Source: Setoptus koraiensis (Eukaryota; Animalia; Arthropoda). Taken from it: a DNA stretch of 64,000 bases. Positions 23,513 to 36,164 of this stretch are shown piece after piece (the first letter of the stretch is position 1; every line of letters begins with the position of its first letter). The stretch spans positions 15,562,001-15,626,000 of the forward strand of contig CM106585.1 of assembly GCA_048013815.1 (NCBI GenBank). Direction: 5' to 3'. The translations under genes were made by a program, and so were the position numbers. The notes below the pieces were generated by a model, which had not been told where the DNA came from, made no database searches, and saw only the letters and a list, made by a program, of their open reading frames with translations.

Positions 23513-25312
23513 TTAGCCTAATCCATTCATCATTAATTCGAGATAAATCCTTTGTAGCCTTTCGTCACGCTTACTTAATTCGATGACATAGTTGAGCATT
23601 TTCGACGTTTGTTCGCCGTTTTCATCTTTACAATGTAACAAAGCAAATGCGATCAACTTACATTTTGCATCATAGTCCTTAAAATTGTTGTTCAAACCCA
23701 AAGAGGAACATACAGGCCAACATGAACTGAATTTTTGATCCATGATCAGTTTACAAGCTTCATAACATGCCTTATAGTCGCCCATTTTCAAGGTCTTTGA
23801 GGCCAAGTTGCTAATAGTTTTAGCTTGCCTATCCTTGACTATGCGCTGAATCTCAGCACCTATTTCATCGATTGTGTCATCTAGATCTTTGGTCCATTCC
23901 GCGATTTGATCATCATTCTCAATATGATCCAAAAGGGTCTTGTACAGATTGTGGCATATTTGCTCCCTGAAATTGGCCAGTTTCTGAAAAAGTTCTTTAA
24001 AAAGTTGAATTTTTCCATCCTGTCCCAATTCAGCCTCACGTCGACATATGTAAGGTATAATGTAATATTTCAATTTTTCGTAGATGTTTGCATTATTATC
24101 ACCAATTATCATGAGCAACCTGTCCAAGTTGCTCATTTGCTTGAATCTACTCAAACTCATATCTAAATTATCCTCTGAGCAACAATCATATATGATCTTA
24201 TGGAATTCATCTAGTTCGTCGCGTGTCTTTTCGAGATGTGGAACATTTAAATGCATGCCTAATTCTAACAGTTGTATTGCGTTTGATATAAGAAGGGTTT
24301 TGGACTCAATTTCAAGAGCTCGTTCGATGAACCATTCCGTCAAAACATCACTAGTTAGTGGCTTGCGATAATTTCCGAGATTTGGATGAAGTTCATAAAA
24401 CTCTTCGATATAGTCATTGGTGATGTCTCTATATTCCTTGTCGGGTTCAATAAATCTTTCTGACCAATCAGTGTCCTGCATTAATTTAGTACCCTTCCAT
24501 TCGTAAATATCATTTTTATTGCAGTAAGGTAATAGATCTCTGTATTGATATGGCGAAAGAGTTTCAGGAAAGTTGGATAGGATGGGTAACAGGTGCTCAT
24601 TGATATGCTCTGTACAATAGTTAAACATTGAAGTGACTGCCCTACAGTCTGAATTTCTGGCGAATTCAATGCATGCCTCAAAAGGAGATTTGTATCGAAA
24701 CTCCGCATAGAACAAGTGATCGAAATGCTGCCTAATAGATTTTGGGTCGCCAAGTATTCTCTCATAAATCAATAGACTATGCCAATGGCGTAGCAGTTGT
24801 CTCCTAAATCTACAGAGTTCTCTTTGTTGCTCATTCAAGGCATTAAAATCTATCAGCCCTATAATATCCTCATCAGGTGTATCCTCAGACAGACAAGTTT
24901 GAGTGTTGATTTTGTCACGATCATTGTTCAGCGTTTCATTTCCCAGCACGTAAAGCAGCCTGAGGTTGGATTGCTGTAGGCCATATTCAATCAGAGAACT
25001 GCATGCTTCGAAAGTAGTAGGAACAACGTGCACGCATTCGTTGATAGCCCAAAGTTTGTCTTCAATCTCGGTTAGAACACTTTTGATAAAATGAGATGTG
25101 TGTTCGCTATTACGCCATTTGCACTTGTATACCATATCCCTATCCAGCGACTTGTGGCTACAAGCCAACCGGAGAGCCTCGTCATAGTTTCCTTCTAATA
25201 GCCTCTGATAAAATATCTCTTCATAGTCCTGCTTTTGAGCAAATCCTAGATAAATTGTGAATGGCAGAGTCCACTGTTGTATCAATTCCAATATTTGATA
25301 AACATATTCCAT
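23513..25312 (-). CDS. NBAS: Miniaturised NBAS/Sec39 protein (599 aa, single exon)
   Basis: Blocks match NBAS: YDEALRLA...LDRDMVYKCKW, EQQRELCRFRRQLL, LLPILSNFPETLSPYQYRDLLP, WFIERALEIE, and the later block DYKACYEACKLIM...CWPVCSSLG...KLIAFALLHC. Confidence 0.8.
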   Translation of the reverse strand: MEYVYQILELIQQWTLPFTIYLGFAQKQDYEEIFYQRLLEGNYDEALRLACSHKSLDRDMVYKCKWRNSEHTSHFIKSVLTEIEDKLWAINECVHVVPTTFEACSSLIEYGLQQSNLRLLYVLGNETLNNDRDKINTQTCLSEDTPDEDIIGLIDFNALNEQQRELCRFRRQLLRHWHSLLIYERILGDPKSIRQHFDHLFYAEFRYKSPFEACIEFARNSDCRAVTSMFNYCTEHINEHLLPILSNFPETLSPYQYRDLLPYCNKNDIYEWKGTKLMQDTDWSERFIEPDKEYRDITNDYIEEFYELHPNLGNYRKPLTSDVLTEWFIERALEIESKTLLISNAIQLLELGMHLNVPHLEKTRDELDEFHKIIYDCCSEDNLDMSLSRFKQMSNLDRLLMIIGDNNANIYEKLKYYIIPYICRREAELGQDGKIQLFKELFQKLANFREQICHNLYKTLLDHIENDDQIAEWTKDLDDTIDEIGAEIQRIVKDRQAKTISNLASKTLKMGDYKACYEACKLIMDQKFSSCWPVCSSLGLNNNFKDYDAKCKLIAFALLHCKDENGEQTSKMLNYVIELSKRDERLQRIYLELMMNGLG

Positions 25313-25647
25313 ATTTAGGTGATAATTCCCATTTAGTTATTCATGGTAGAATGCCAATATCAGATTGAAGTAGAGACAATGTAGCAACAGCTACGGCTGT
25401 GAGGTGTCATTCGGTCCCATTCGCACTGTTGATGGTAGCGGTACATTCAAAATTTTTCCAATCAGCTGACATCTTAATCTTTATTTTGGAACGGTGAGCC
25501 AACCTTGTTTATCTTCATTCTGTATCGGCACCCGATTGAAAATAAACTTGACACCACAAAGACAATTTATTAAATAATTAGATAATCCATCTTCAGATAC
25601 AAACATTTACAATATAATCAGGTTACCTATTATCAAACAGCTCAGAC
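25313..25647. promoter_or_regulatory. Probable compact bidirectional promoter (NBAS / crn)
   Basis: 335 bp between divergent start codons; positional inference only. Confidence 0.4.
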
Positions 25648-27737
25648 ATGGACGGTGAACGGCGAGGAAAAGTGGCCAGTACCAAGGTATGTATTCTCAT
25701 CTAGTCTATCGACTACTACTGACATCTTATAATTTGTCGCAATAACATGATTTACATTCATTGCCTTTATTCTTGTTCTTTCATTAGGTCAAAAACAAAG
25801 CCCCCGCTGAGGTCCAGATAACCGCAGAGCAACTGCTGCGAGAGGCAAAGGAGCGCGAATTAGAGGTTGTCCCACCACCACCCAAACAAAAGATCTCAGA
25901 TCCAGTTGAGTTAGCCGACTATCAACTGAGGAAGAGGAAATTCTTCGAGGACAATATCAGGAAGAATCGTATGGTTGTTAGCAACTGGCTCAAATATGCA
26001 GCTTGGGAGGAAAGTCAAAAGGAGATTCAACGCGCCAGGTCAGTTTTTGAGCGCGCCCTCGATGTCGACAGTAGGAATACCACCTTCTGGCTCAAATACT
26101 TGGAAATGGAAATGAAAAACAGACAAGTTAATCATGCCAGGAATCTTTTTGATCGAGCTGTGACCTTACTGCCGAGAAATAGCCAGTTCTGGTATAAATA
26201 TGTCTACTTCGAGGAGATACTTAACAACATTCCAGCTTGTCGCCATGTATTCGAGAGATGGATGAAATGGTGGCCCGACGAACAGGCTTGGAACACATAT
26301 ATCAACTTCGAAATGAGATACAAAGAAGTTGGTAGGGCCCGTGATATATATTCACAGTTTGTGATGCTTCACCCTGACGCCAAGAACTGGATAAAGTTCG
26401 CTAAATTTGAAGAAAGAAACTCAGGCCCAGACAACGCAAGGAAAGTCTATGAGTTTGCTGTGGAGTTCTTCGGAGATATGAATCTAGATGAGCGATTGTT
26501 CATCGCTTTTGCTAAATTTGAAGAGAGTCAACATGAGTATGAACGTGTCAGAACGATCTTTAAATTTGCTTTAGAAAAACTGCCCAGAGACAAGGCCCCT
26601 GATCTGTATACTCAATATACTTTGTTTGAAAAGAAACACGGAGCTCAAGAGGGTATTGAAGCACTCATAACCACAAAACGAAAACTACAGTATGAACAAC
26701 AGCTAGCCAAAGATCCTCATGACTACGACACTTGGTTCGATTATATCAAATTAGCTGAAAATGAATTAGAACTAGAAGAAATAAGAGAGATTTACGAGAG
26801 AGCTGTCGCTAATGTACCTACTCTCCTGGAAAAGCGACACTGGCGAAGGTACATATATTTGTGGATTTATCGGGTATTATTTGAGGAATTGGACGTTGGC
26901 GACATTGAAAAGACTCGCGAAGTATACGAATTTTGCCTTGATAAACTCATACCCCATAAAAAGTTCACTTTTGCTAAACTTTGGCTAATGGCAGCAAAAT
27001 TTGAAATTAGACAAGGAAATATTGGAAAAGCTAGAAGAATACTGGGTAACGCCATAGGTAGATGTCCAAAAGGCAAACTTTTCAAGGAGTATATAGAGTT
27101 AGAAATTTTGATGAGAGAATTTGACAATTGTAGGCGTCTGTACGGAAAATATTTAGAATTTAATTTGGAAAACAGCGCTGTTTGGGTTAGCTATGCTGAG
27201 CTAGAATCAGACCTCGGTGAGGAGGCTAGAGCTCGTGGTATATATAAGATGGCTATAGATAGACCTAGGCTGGACATACCCGAAATTGTCTGGAAAGCTT
27301 ATATAGATTTCGAAGCAGAGCTCGGCAACAATGATGAAGTGATAAAACTCTATGAAGAGCTTCTGTCTAGGACGAAACATGTCAAAGTTTGGGCATGCTA
27401 TGCCAGGTTCCATGAAAATTTAGACGAATTCAACAAATCTCGTTCCATTTATGAAAGAGCTCACAAAGAGTTGGCCGACGAACCAGCCGCAACTCGTCTT
27501 TTACTATTAGAATCGTGGCAAGAGTTTGAAAATCGCCTAGGCCCTGAAGGGCGAGACCTGGGCTATCTCATGCCAACAAGAATAAGGAAGAGGCGTAAAT
27601 TGGCTGGCGAAGACGAGTGGGAAGATTATTACGAATATTCGTTCCCAAGCGGTGAGAAAGAAAAGAAGACTTCCAAATTGTTGGAGAAAGTGAAGATGTG
27701 GAAATCACAAAGCAACAACTCTTCAACAACTACTTGA
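25648..27737 (+). CDS. crn: Crooked neck / CRNKL1 spliceosomal HAT-repeat protein; exons 25648-25686 and 25788-27737
   Basis: VKNKAPAEVQITAEQLLREAKER, WLKYAAWEESQKEIQRARSVFERAL, HKKFTFAKLW; 101-nt phase-0 intron. Confidence 0.95.
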
Positions 27738-29190
27738 TGAAGCTAGATAAGAACAAAGTGTTTGTATAGAAATTTGTGTGTATAATTGTTTTGTGTAAAT
27801 ATTTTTTAACATTAAACCACACGGTGATTGCCTTGTTTTTACACAGTTTAAGTCACGAAACAGTTGGCTTGATTGTATGTACGTTGCTCTGATTGTTTCA
27901 AGTGCTTACTACAAGAGGTATCTGTAAACAATCGACTAGTCGATACCCAATAACGTCGATATGCACTAAGTTGTCACAAATTACTCCATGCCTGATGTGT
28001 TCAATTTTCAGTTAACACCAACAAGTACCAAAATATTAATCATGACCGTTAATGGGCACAAGCGATAGGTGATGGTCAAAATTGACGATTGTTCGATTGC
28101 AAACAACAGTTACTATGTCGGCCATTTCAAACAAGCTGATATGCGATATATATCAGCTAATCAAAACATAATTGTAAAGGCGAAGAGACACTTGAAGAAA
28201 TTTCCAAAGTTGGCGAACAAGCAAGAGGATTGGCAATTACTCTCATGGTTGGGCACATTACGAATTGGCTACACCAACTTGCTACATCCGCGATTGAGCC
28301 AGAGGGAGAGTAAAAGAGTGCGACACAACAACAGCAAAAAATTGGTTAGACTTTCTCTATCTCGATGATAATTATAATAATAATAGGCATTGCGCAACAA
28401 TCTAGTCCTCAAATGAGAATTTTTTTCTCTCACGTTCTCCGTATCTAAGTCAAGGTTTTGACTTCTTCTTCACTGAAATTATCTGTGATTTAACAGGCAG
28501 CAGTCTCGAACAGTCAGTAGTCATTGTTCGATTCAATGGACTGCCAGCAACAGCAACGGCAGCAATTGAGATTAGGCCGACAGAAAGACAGACAGACAGA
28601 AGGATAGATGGATGGACTTTTTCTCTTGTAGTTGTTATCTAGCTAAATCTAGATTGTGCATGGAGAGAAAAAAAAAGTGATTGACAAGCGAAACACCTCA
28701 CACATCCTAAGGAATATCACAAACGAACGAACTCACAGAAGATGCAATTATCACTATAACACATATAAGTATTATGCGTTCTTGAGTTAGTTTGCGATAG
28801 GTCATTTTCGTTGATATCACAACACATAGCTAACACTTTCAGCACAATTCATTGTTACGAAACAGTTAGTTCTTATGTGTATGTTCTCTACCTGTTGAGT
28901 AGTCGCTAGTCAATTGGTTGTTTGTTGTCGTTGTTGTTGATGACCACTACACGACGACAAACAGGCGGAAACATTGCGAGTGACTGCTAGCTAGTTGCAC
29001 ATAACTGACACAATTTATTTGAACATTCTCTTCTGGGTGATGAAACGCCAGACCGACGCTAGTAGTCCGAGAATCATTTGAGAGTTTCAGCTCGACACAT
29101 CGACATCGAATTTAGAACGAAAAGTTTCATGTTATATTGTTTGCAATAAATTTATTCATTCGTTATACACACATATCGCAGTTTGTAGCT

Positions 29191-29997
29191 ATGGCCCAAC
29201 TATTTAATGTAAGTGATCAGTGACACTACTACAATTTTCCTTTCCCATTTGATTCTCATTGGTGACTTTGTCTCTAATATACAACTCGTTCATCAAAAAC
29301 AATGTTTGCCGACAACAATTAGGTTTTGATAGCCTCTTTAGCTTTGGCTTGCATCTTGGTTACAGTCAGGGCGCAATCAGATGATTACGGTGAGAATGAT
29401 GGAAATTCTGGCGGTGACAACGACGGTAACTATGGCAGCAACAACGATGACAGTTTCAACAATTACCAGCCCAATCAACAATCCGGAGTGAATGCTGAAG
29501 GCAGTGAGAATGCCCCAGCAAACTCTTACTCGCCCCAAAATTCAAACGATGCTGATAATGATGACTACAGTGATGATTCAGCCAGTGCAGCTAGCAACAT
29601 CCAACCAACTATAGTTAAGCGTGTCAGGTAGGAATGCTAACTAATTGATATGACTTGACTTTTACATTTAAAACTTTTTGAATAATCATAATAAAATGTT
29701 AATGTTCGACGATTTTTTTTTTAATTTCAGACGATCAATCTTAGCTGAAGCCGATCAAATCAAGCCTGAAGAGTCTATCGAGGCACCAAAATTGAGAGTG
29801 AAACGATGGGGCAAGCACTACATTGGACCAGTTTACACCTATGTCAAGACCGACAAGCATGCCAACTTTAAATGGGGTGTGAGTATCACTACCGTTGCCA
29901 AACTCAGTCAAAATATCAGTTCATTGTGTTAACTTTAATGAAATTTGCTTTCCCCACACAATAGGTCAAACACAAGGTCGGTAAGAAACACGGATAA
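29191..29997 (+). CDS. Secreted prepropeptide, 4 exons (29191-29208, 29323-29627, 29731-29878, 29965-29997); predicted mature peptide WGKHYIGPVYTYVKTDKHANFKWGVKHKVGKKH-G
   Basis: Signal peptide MAQLFNVLIASLALACILVTVRA, acidic N/D-rich spacer, furin-type sites RVRR and RVKR, terminal Gly. Three GT-AG introns join in frame. Confidence 0.8.
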
Positions 29998-31178
29998 TAA
30001 GCACGATATTTAATTGATGAGGCTTCATCATACTTATTGGAAGTTATACAACTATGGTGAATCGAGTATATCAAACATGAACAGTCTTTTTCTAAGAAAC
30101 ACCTGCCCCTTGCGGCCTTTCCACAGAGAGTTTCTTGCAATCTTGCTGTACATTTATTGTATGTTTCAATCATAAACAATAAATATCTCACAGATTATAT
30201 AATCAGTCTAATACAGTTATAATAACAAAACAGATCTATAAACGTGAAGATAACATGGCTTCGCAGCGATGTTGACTCTTATCAGCCACTTAAGTTTTGC
30301 CTATCAATATACCTAATGAGTTTGCGACAAGGCAAACGTAACAAAGATAGTCGACAACAACTATTGGCAATGTGTGACAATAGTTAGAGTAATGCATACA
30401 GTCATCACTGTTACATGATAAACTGGCACAATCTACCATAAATCTAGTAGTATAAGTATAATAGGATTCCATCGTTGCACTAGACTACATATGTAGTCAT
30501 TAAAAAAGTTTCATCGTCTACTACTAACAGTCTCTTGCAAATGTATTAATCCGCCATTGAAATCCCAACTGTGTTGTGTAAGAGCACGTAAGCGCCTGTA
30601 TACAGGATAATTTACATATCTAGAATGTCATTTGTCTCCATTGTGTACCGTTGTTTTGTTTGCTCTATTAGTGCGTGAACCACTTCCGAAAAGGATATCT
30701 CTTTTGGCGCATCAGATATTATATAGATGCACTTGTTCTTTATCATGCGCGTTATCATCATTTAGCGCGTCTGCGCTACTTGAATTTCTTGTCTAGAGGC
30801 GCGTTAATTTGCGAAATATACAACCAACTAAAAGCTTTAAAAGCGGATCAGCTTGACACGCAAGCACATGTTTGATTTTTGTGTATATTTTGTTTTTGTC
30901 GAATGGACGCAGTTTTTGTTTCTATCCTGTATACATGTTCATCAGATTCATTTGTAATATCCGAGCCAAGTGACAAGATCTCTTAAATGATCATGTCAAC
31001 ATAGCATTCCACACATATATTCATCAGTTTGAGAGAATTAGTCGTCACAATATTATCTTGGCGTATAAATACAATGATTGGCCAAACGATTGGATAAATT
31101 TGTTATACATAGACAGATCTCCACACATATATATTTTTACACATATTCAACATTCACCACCAGAGAGCCAAACACATC

Positions 31179-32783
31179 ATGAAGCCGACTACCAGTCACA
31201 AATCGTCCATTCGTGGAGACGACCCAGTATTGGACATCAAACGACACTCGATGAAGAAAGCCAAACAAAACAAAAAGCCTGACATATCTAACAAGGTGGG
31301 CGGTAGCTTGGATAAGACCCTCAAAGGTGTAATTGTTATCACGCTTGTTTCAATTATCGCATACTTTATCAATATTTGGTATTTTAACACATTTCCCACA
31401 TACAATGTTATTGTTGAGGACACCCTAAAGAGCATGCTTAGGATTGAGAGTCGTGTATCGATTAATCCCAATCTGAATGTGGCTGTCGGATTTGGATCTT
31501 GCCTAGACCTCTATGTGTCTAGCAAGGATTTGATTCTAGATGTTAGCGAAGCACCACAGTTGCTAGTACATCATGAATCTATTCAGAACCAGGAGCACCT
31601 GAGTGAGCTATTTGGTTATTTCTTCTCAGAGGGAGCGGCAGCCGAGAGGTACATAGACAATAGGTCGTTCTTCGGTGAACTTGTTACTAGAGCTCGGTCC
31701 GCTCAGAAAGTACGCAAGGCCATAGGTGGTAATGCAGCTGTCATGGCCAACAGATTTGTCATGGAGGGCGTTGAGCGTGTTATTCTCGGCACCCAAATGA
31801 GCCGAGAGACTCAAAACGATTTCTCCGATAAACTTATGGTGTCGGGACCCCTAGTCGATCAAGATGACATTCATATATGCATAGAGTATCCAGCGGGAGA
31901 AAAATGGGGCAAGTACGTTGCTCCGCGCGCAAATAGACTGATAATTCACAGTGATCATTTTAATTCTGTTATGGAGTCCGTGGACAAGTTTATTGATAGA
32001 CTCGAGAGTACTAAAAAACTAGACCTTCTGGTCATAGGAGGTTTGCAAATGATGGACAATATCCCTAAACCAATGGATGTCAGACGTAAAAAGCTGGAGA
32101 GATTGAACCAAGTCCTCAAAAAATTATCGTTAGATCCAAAATCAACTACAAAAGTGCATTTAGAACTGGCCTCATTCACCGAAGAAGCTCTACTGAGAAG
32201 TATTCAGCATTTAGTTATACCACATGTTCACTCATTGGGTATGAATGAACAGGAACTGCCCAATCTTTTAAATTTCTTATCAAATGAAGGTGTCAATCTG
32301 TTGTCTGAATCATATCCCAGAGTCGCTACATCGTTGGATCAAATGCGCTCAGTATTTCAATTATTGCAAGCTCCAACGAATGGATCATTGAGCCGTATCC
32401 ATGTACATACATTGGCTTTTCAGGCGATATTAACCAAGGCCAAATCACCTTGGAGGAACACCCTCACCTCATCAGTAAAAGCTGCCTTGACTGCTCACCG
32501 ATACACATGTGGATCTCACGACATAGATGTTGTCAAAGCCAAACTAATTATGGACGAATCATACACCACCAGTCAAAAAGAGTCACGACGGCACATATCT
32601 TTCGATCCCAATCATCCAGTTGTTTGTTGGCAAGAAAACATCACCTACAAAGATGGCTTACAGAATACTATTGTAGATCAGATAGAGATTTGTGTAGCAC
32701 CTGTATTAGTTTGCACGAAAGTGAAGCAAACCGCGGGGGCCGGCGACAACGTTTCAGCTGCCGGATTGATATACCAACTTTGA
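31179..32783 (+). CDS. ADPGK: ADP-dependent glucokinase, single exon
   Basis: N-terminal TM helix, VAVGFGSCLD, GGNAAVMANRF, DDIHICIEY, PRANRLIIHSD, SLGMNEQEL, catalytic TAGAGD. Confidence 0.95.
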   Translation: MKPTTSHKSSIRGDDPVLDIKRHSMKKAKQNKKPDISNKVGGSLDKTLKGVIVITLVSIIAYFINIWYFNTFPTYNVIVEDTLKSMLRIESRVSINPNLNVAVGFGSCLDLYVSSKDLILDVSEAPQLLVHHESIQNQEHLSELFGYFFSEGAAAERYIDNRSFFGELVTRARSAQKVRKAIGGNAAVMANRFVMEGVERVILGTQMSRETQNDFSDKLMVSGPLVDQDDIHICIEYPAGEKWGKYVAPRANRLIIHSDHFNSVMESVDKFIDRLESTKKLDLLVIGGLQMMDNIPKPMDVRRKKLERLNQVLKKLSLDPKSTTKVHLELASFTEEALLRSIQHLVIPHVHSLGMNEQELPNLLNFLSNEGVNLLSESYPRVATSLDQMRSVFQLLQAPTNGSLSRIHVHTLAFQAILTKAKSPWRNTLTSSVKAALTAHRYTCGSHDIDVVKAKLIMDESYTTSQKESRRHISFDPNHPVVCWQENITYKDGLQNTIVDQIEICVAPVLVCTKVKQTAGAGDNVSAAGLIYQL

Positions 32784-33063
32784 TATCCTAACCTAATGAG
32801 ATGGGACATCTAACTACTCTCACATGTATAATGACACTAATATGCATGTTCCCTGTCGATACACCAAGAACCATTACTAATCACAAAAAAAAAGTTATAT
32901 ACTTGTATCAAGGTTACAAGCACAGTGATAGAAACATTATTGACCCGCTACTTTTAGCTTTTCACATGAAATATGTATAAGTAGAACTATTTTATAGAAT
33001 ACAATTATTAGAAGCTATCAGACAATATATTCGTGCCATTTCGACTCATGTTAGGATACACAA

Positions 33064-33680
33064 TCACTCTACCTCTTCGTCTTCCAAGATGCCATTTTCA
33101 TTCTTTTTGGCACTGCTAATTACTATCTCGTTGGCTATTGGCAACCTCTCTAATAGTTGTCTGTAGGCAGATGGTGGCAATGTCTCTTTAAAGTAGCTCA
33201 GTACTGCCTGTGGTTGACTACAAACAACAATTGCGAGACTCAAATGTTTGACAGCTCTCTCCATTTGACCAGCCTCCAATAACTCTTCACCTATCTGCAA
33301 CTCTTGGATGAAGAATTTCTCCACGGCAATCTTGTCTCTTATGTCGGGTATCTCGATGTCATCTTCGGATTCTTGCTTCCTCTTTTCTTCTGCTCGTCCT
33401 GAGATGATTACGGGATTATTATGAGAATACGGAAGTTTTCACAAAGATTTTTAATGAATTATTCATAGTAGGTTCTAGTAGAAGCGATAGAATCTAGAAT
33501 AGCTTCGATATCAGGCTGGCTACATGGACAATGGCATTGAGTTCGATACTTACTGGCCGTAACTTTATCCCTATAATCAGGTGCGCTTCGGCGTTTATGG
33601 TCAAAGTAGATACAGTAGGCAAGGAATCCAACTCCGCAAGCAAGTCCAATAGATTGGGTGGTGGTTATATGTTCGATCAT
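33064..33680 (-). CDS. TOMM20: Mitochondrial import receptor TOM20; exons 33554-33680 and 33064-33398
   Basis: GVGFLAYCIYFDHKRRSAPDYR and FFIQELQIGEELL...AIVVCSQPQAVL; 155-nt phase-1 intron. Confidence 0.95.
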
Positions 33681-35275
33681 TTTGTTTTGAGCTGATTTAG
33701 TTTAGTTATCACAAAATAAACGATGACAAATGACAAAATTCAATTGTAAAGAGTCGGCATGTGTAAAACATGCGGAATTAGACCGATTACAGCCAAGATT
33801 TCCGAGGCTCTGTTATTGTATTTCGAGCACATGTTTTACATCTGCGAGCGGCTGGAAAGAGCGCCAAATCTGAACTGTTGAAAAGTTTCTGATGATGTAG
33901 CCGGAGAAGCGATTTTATACACAATTAATGATTGGTTGATAAAAGGCTGGGTCACATCAAATAGATATATGATCGAAATTCGAAATATATTCTGTAATAC
34001 ATGTGAGGTGAGTGTTGGTACAATTAGTGTGGGTGAGCCGCAAAAGAATAGGTGATTGACGAAAAAATTGGTCAGATAAATGTGAGCGATTTTGGAAGCT
34101 AAAAACAATGGGCGAAATTATTTAGACACACTCAACAGAAAAGAACTGAATATTACGAGTTGCAAGATGGGTCATGAGGTCACAACTCATGAAGTCAACC
34201 TTGGATCTCAAGTATCTGAGGAGCAGGATGTCTAGCGATCAAAAGGCAAATTTAAACTAGCAATATTGGTGGATTATTGAAAATATCAAATCTCGGATTG
34301 GACGCGGCCCTCGATTCACAGCCAATCTCGTATCAACGATTACGAGAGAAACTTTCGACAAACGGAATCATGTTGAAAGTATTATAGTGAGTGTGTTCTA
34401 TCAACAATTTAGTTTCGCTTGGAGCGACGAAGTGTAGGAACTAGATGAGGAAAATCACCGGGCTTCATCTCATGACGTGTGTGCGTACGAAGCGGTCGAT
34501 ACTTGGCTCATCCTCGTGACAGATTGAATGGAAATAGTGTAGTCGTGTAGTATTGATGCGTTGTTGTGTAATACCGGAAGAAATAGATGATGTAACGTTC
34601 GAAAAAGAAAAAAACAATTCATTTGCAAGGTTTGTGTCAAAAGAAATATCCGCCCCTTGTTGTTGTGGTTGTTGTGTGCGAGTGAGCAGGTCAACAACCA
34701 TGGATATCTGCCGTTACAAATACAGAACAAATTAGTTTTGTTTGTTGTTCAGCAGAAGCACCGCGGATGGATAAACCATGTCTTTTTTCCGCATCTATCA
34801 TACAGATCGAGAGAATGCCAGTTGTGTGGGCCATATCACACATAAGGCCTACAAACATTCAAACTACTGTGTGCTAATTCGGTTAGCTGACTGAGATTTA
34901 TTAGTAAATGATCTAGCCAACAAGCTGAGCAGCGATGTACTTCAGCTCAATGGTTCATATAGTAAATGTAAATAGATAGGCTGATGGTGGCCTAGATTCA
35001 CATCATTTATAGTTGATGCTGCTGCTGCTGTCGCTATAACATGCATCGCCTTCATATATTATTACATCATCACTTGAAATTGAAAGGTCGTATTGATCCC
35101 TTCGAACCTATGCCACCTATTGGAGGCTTGTCATCTCTGCCTGGTGATGCGTTTTCTCTCCCTTTTCGTTTGCGCCAAGCCCCAGAGTCCAAGAGCGAGA
35201 GGCGGAGGAGCCACTACCCCAAAGTGTGACATAAGCATTCATCAATTAGCTCCTCTTGCCATCGCTTCTTGTCGC

Positions 35276-35313
35276 TGTTGTTGTTGTTGTTGTTGTTGTC
35301 GTTGTTGTTGTTG
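35276..35313. repeat. (TGT)n microsatellite
   Basis: tgttgttgttgttgttgttgttgtcgttgttgttgttg. Confidence 0.9.
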
Positions 35314-36164
35314 GAGACAGTCTTTCTTAACTTGGTGAGCCATAAACAGCCCACCAAATATACTGTGCGAATGGACTCCTTTTCTAGTGAGTTTATGTTT
35401 ATTTGGCATTCATTTTATTCCATAGTTAACCCTTAATACTTACATAATTTGTTGTTAATTTAAACTAGACCACACAAGCTAGCACAGGGCTACGGAGCTC
35501 GACAATCCCCGTCGCCTGAGCCAGCGATACGAAAAAAGCACGATTTATCCTTGGATATGTGTGCTGCCGATTGTGCGCAAACGACACGATACGGCAAGGC
35601 GTATAGCGATAAAGCCAAGTTGAGTTTGTGATATACTTAACTTGCACTATTAAACGGTGAAGCCGCAAAATCATTACCAAAAATATCAACGAAACAATGT
35701 CAAAAGAGAAGCGCCAACATATTGCGACGCACTCCACATTTGTTGTTGTTTTTCTTCACTGTTCAATCATCTCATTACGTATTCTAATTAGCCTGCTCGA
35801 TCGTTATTTTGAAGATTCCCTCGAGAGCATCGTCATCTGAGTTAAGTTGAGTTGAGTCGAGTGAACTGTTTGAGCAGCAAGAGACAGGGAAGCAACAATT
35901 GAGCAAGTCACCGAAACTTTCATTTGTGCACTCTTTTTTTATGCCACCAGCAACCATTCAACCAATCAGGCGATCTAAGAAAACAACGAAACGACGAAAA
36001 GAAAATTTTAGTTCAAAGTGACCAATCACCTGTGTTAGTAACACTCTGAGGTCAGTTGGTCGTCTTTTCGATCGGCAAGTTTATCAAAAGTGGCGACGTC
36101 TGGTCGCATAGATGTCAGCGCTGTAGCGGTCGATAACTGTGATTCGGATAACGATTCAGAGCGG

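Noticed and set aside
30783-30796. AATTTCTTGTCTAG resembling the U7 Sm site
   Set aside because: It has extra bases within the site, no strong 3' hairpin, and no histone-downstream-element complement recognisable.
36090-36164. GTG start for the giant ORF
   Set aside because: Eukaryotic gene; the first in-frame ATG at 36165, or an upstream exon, is more plausible.
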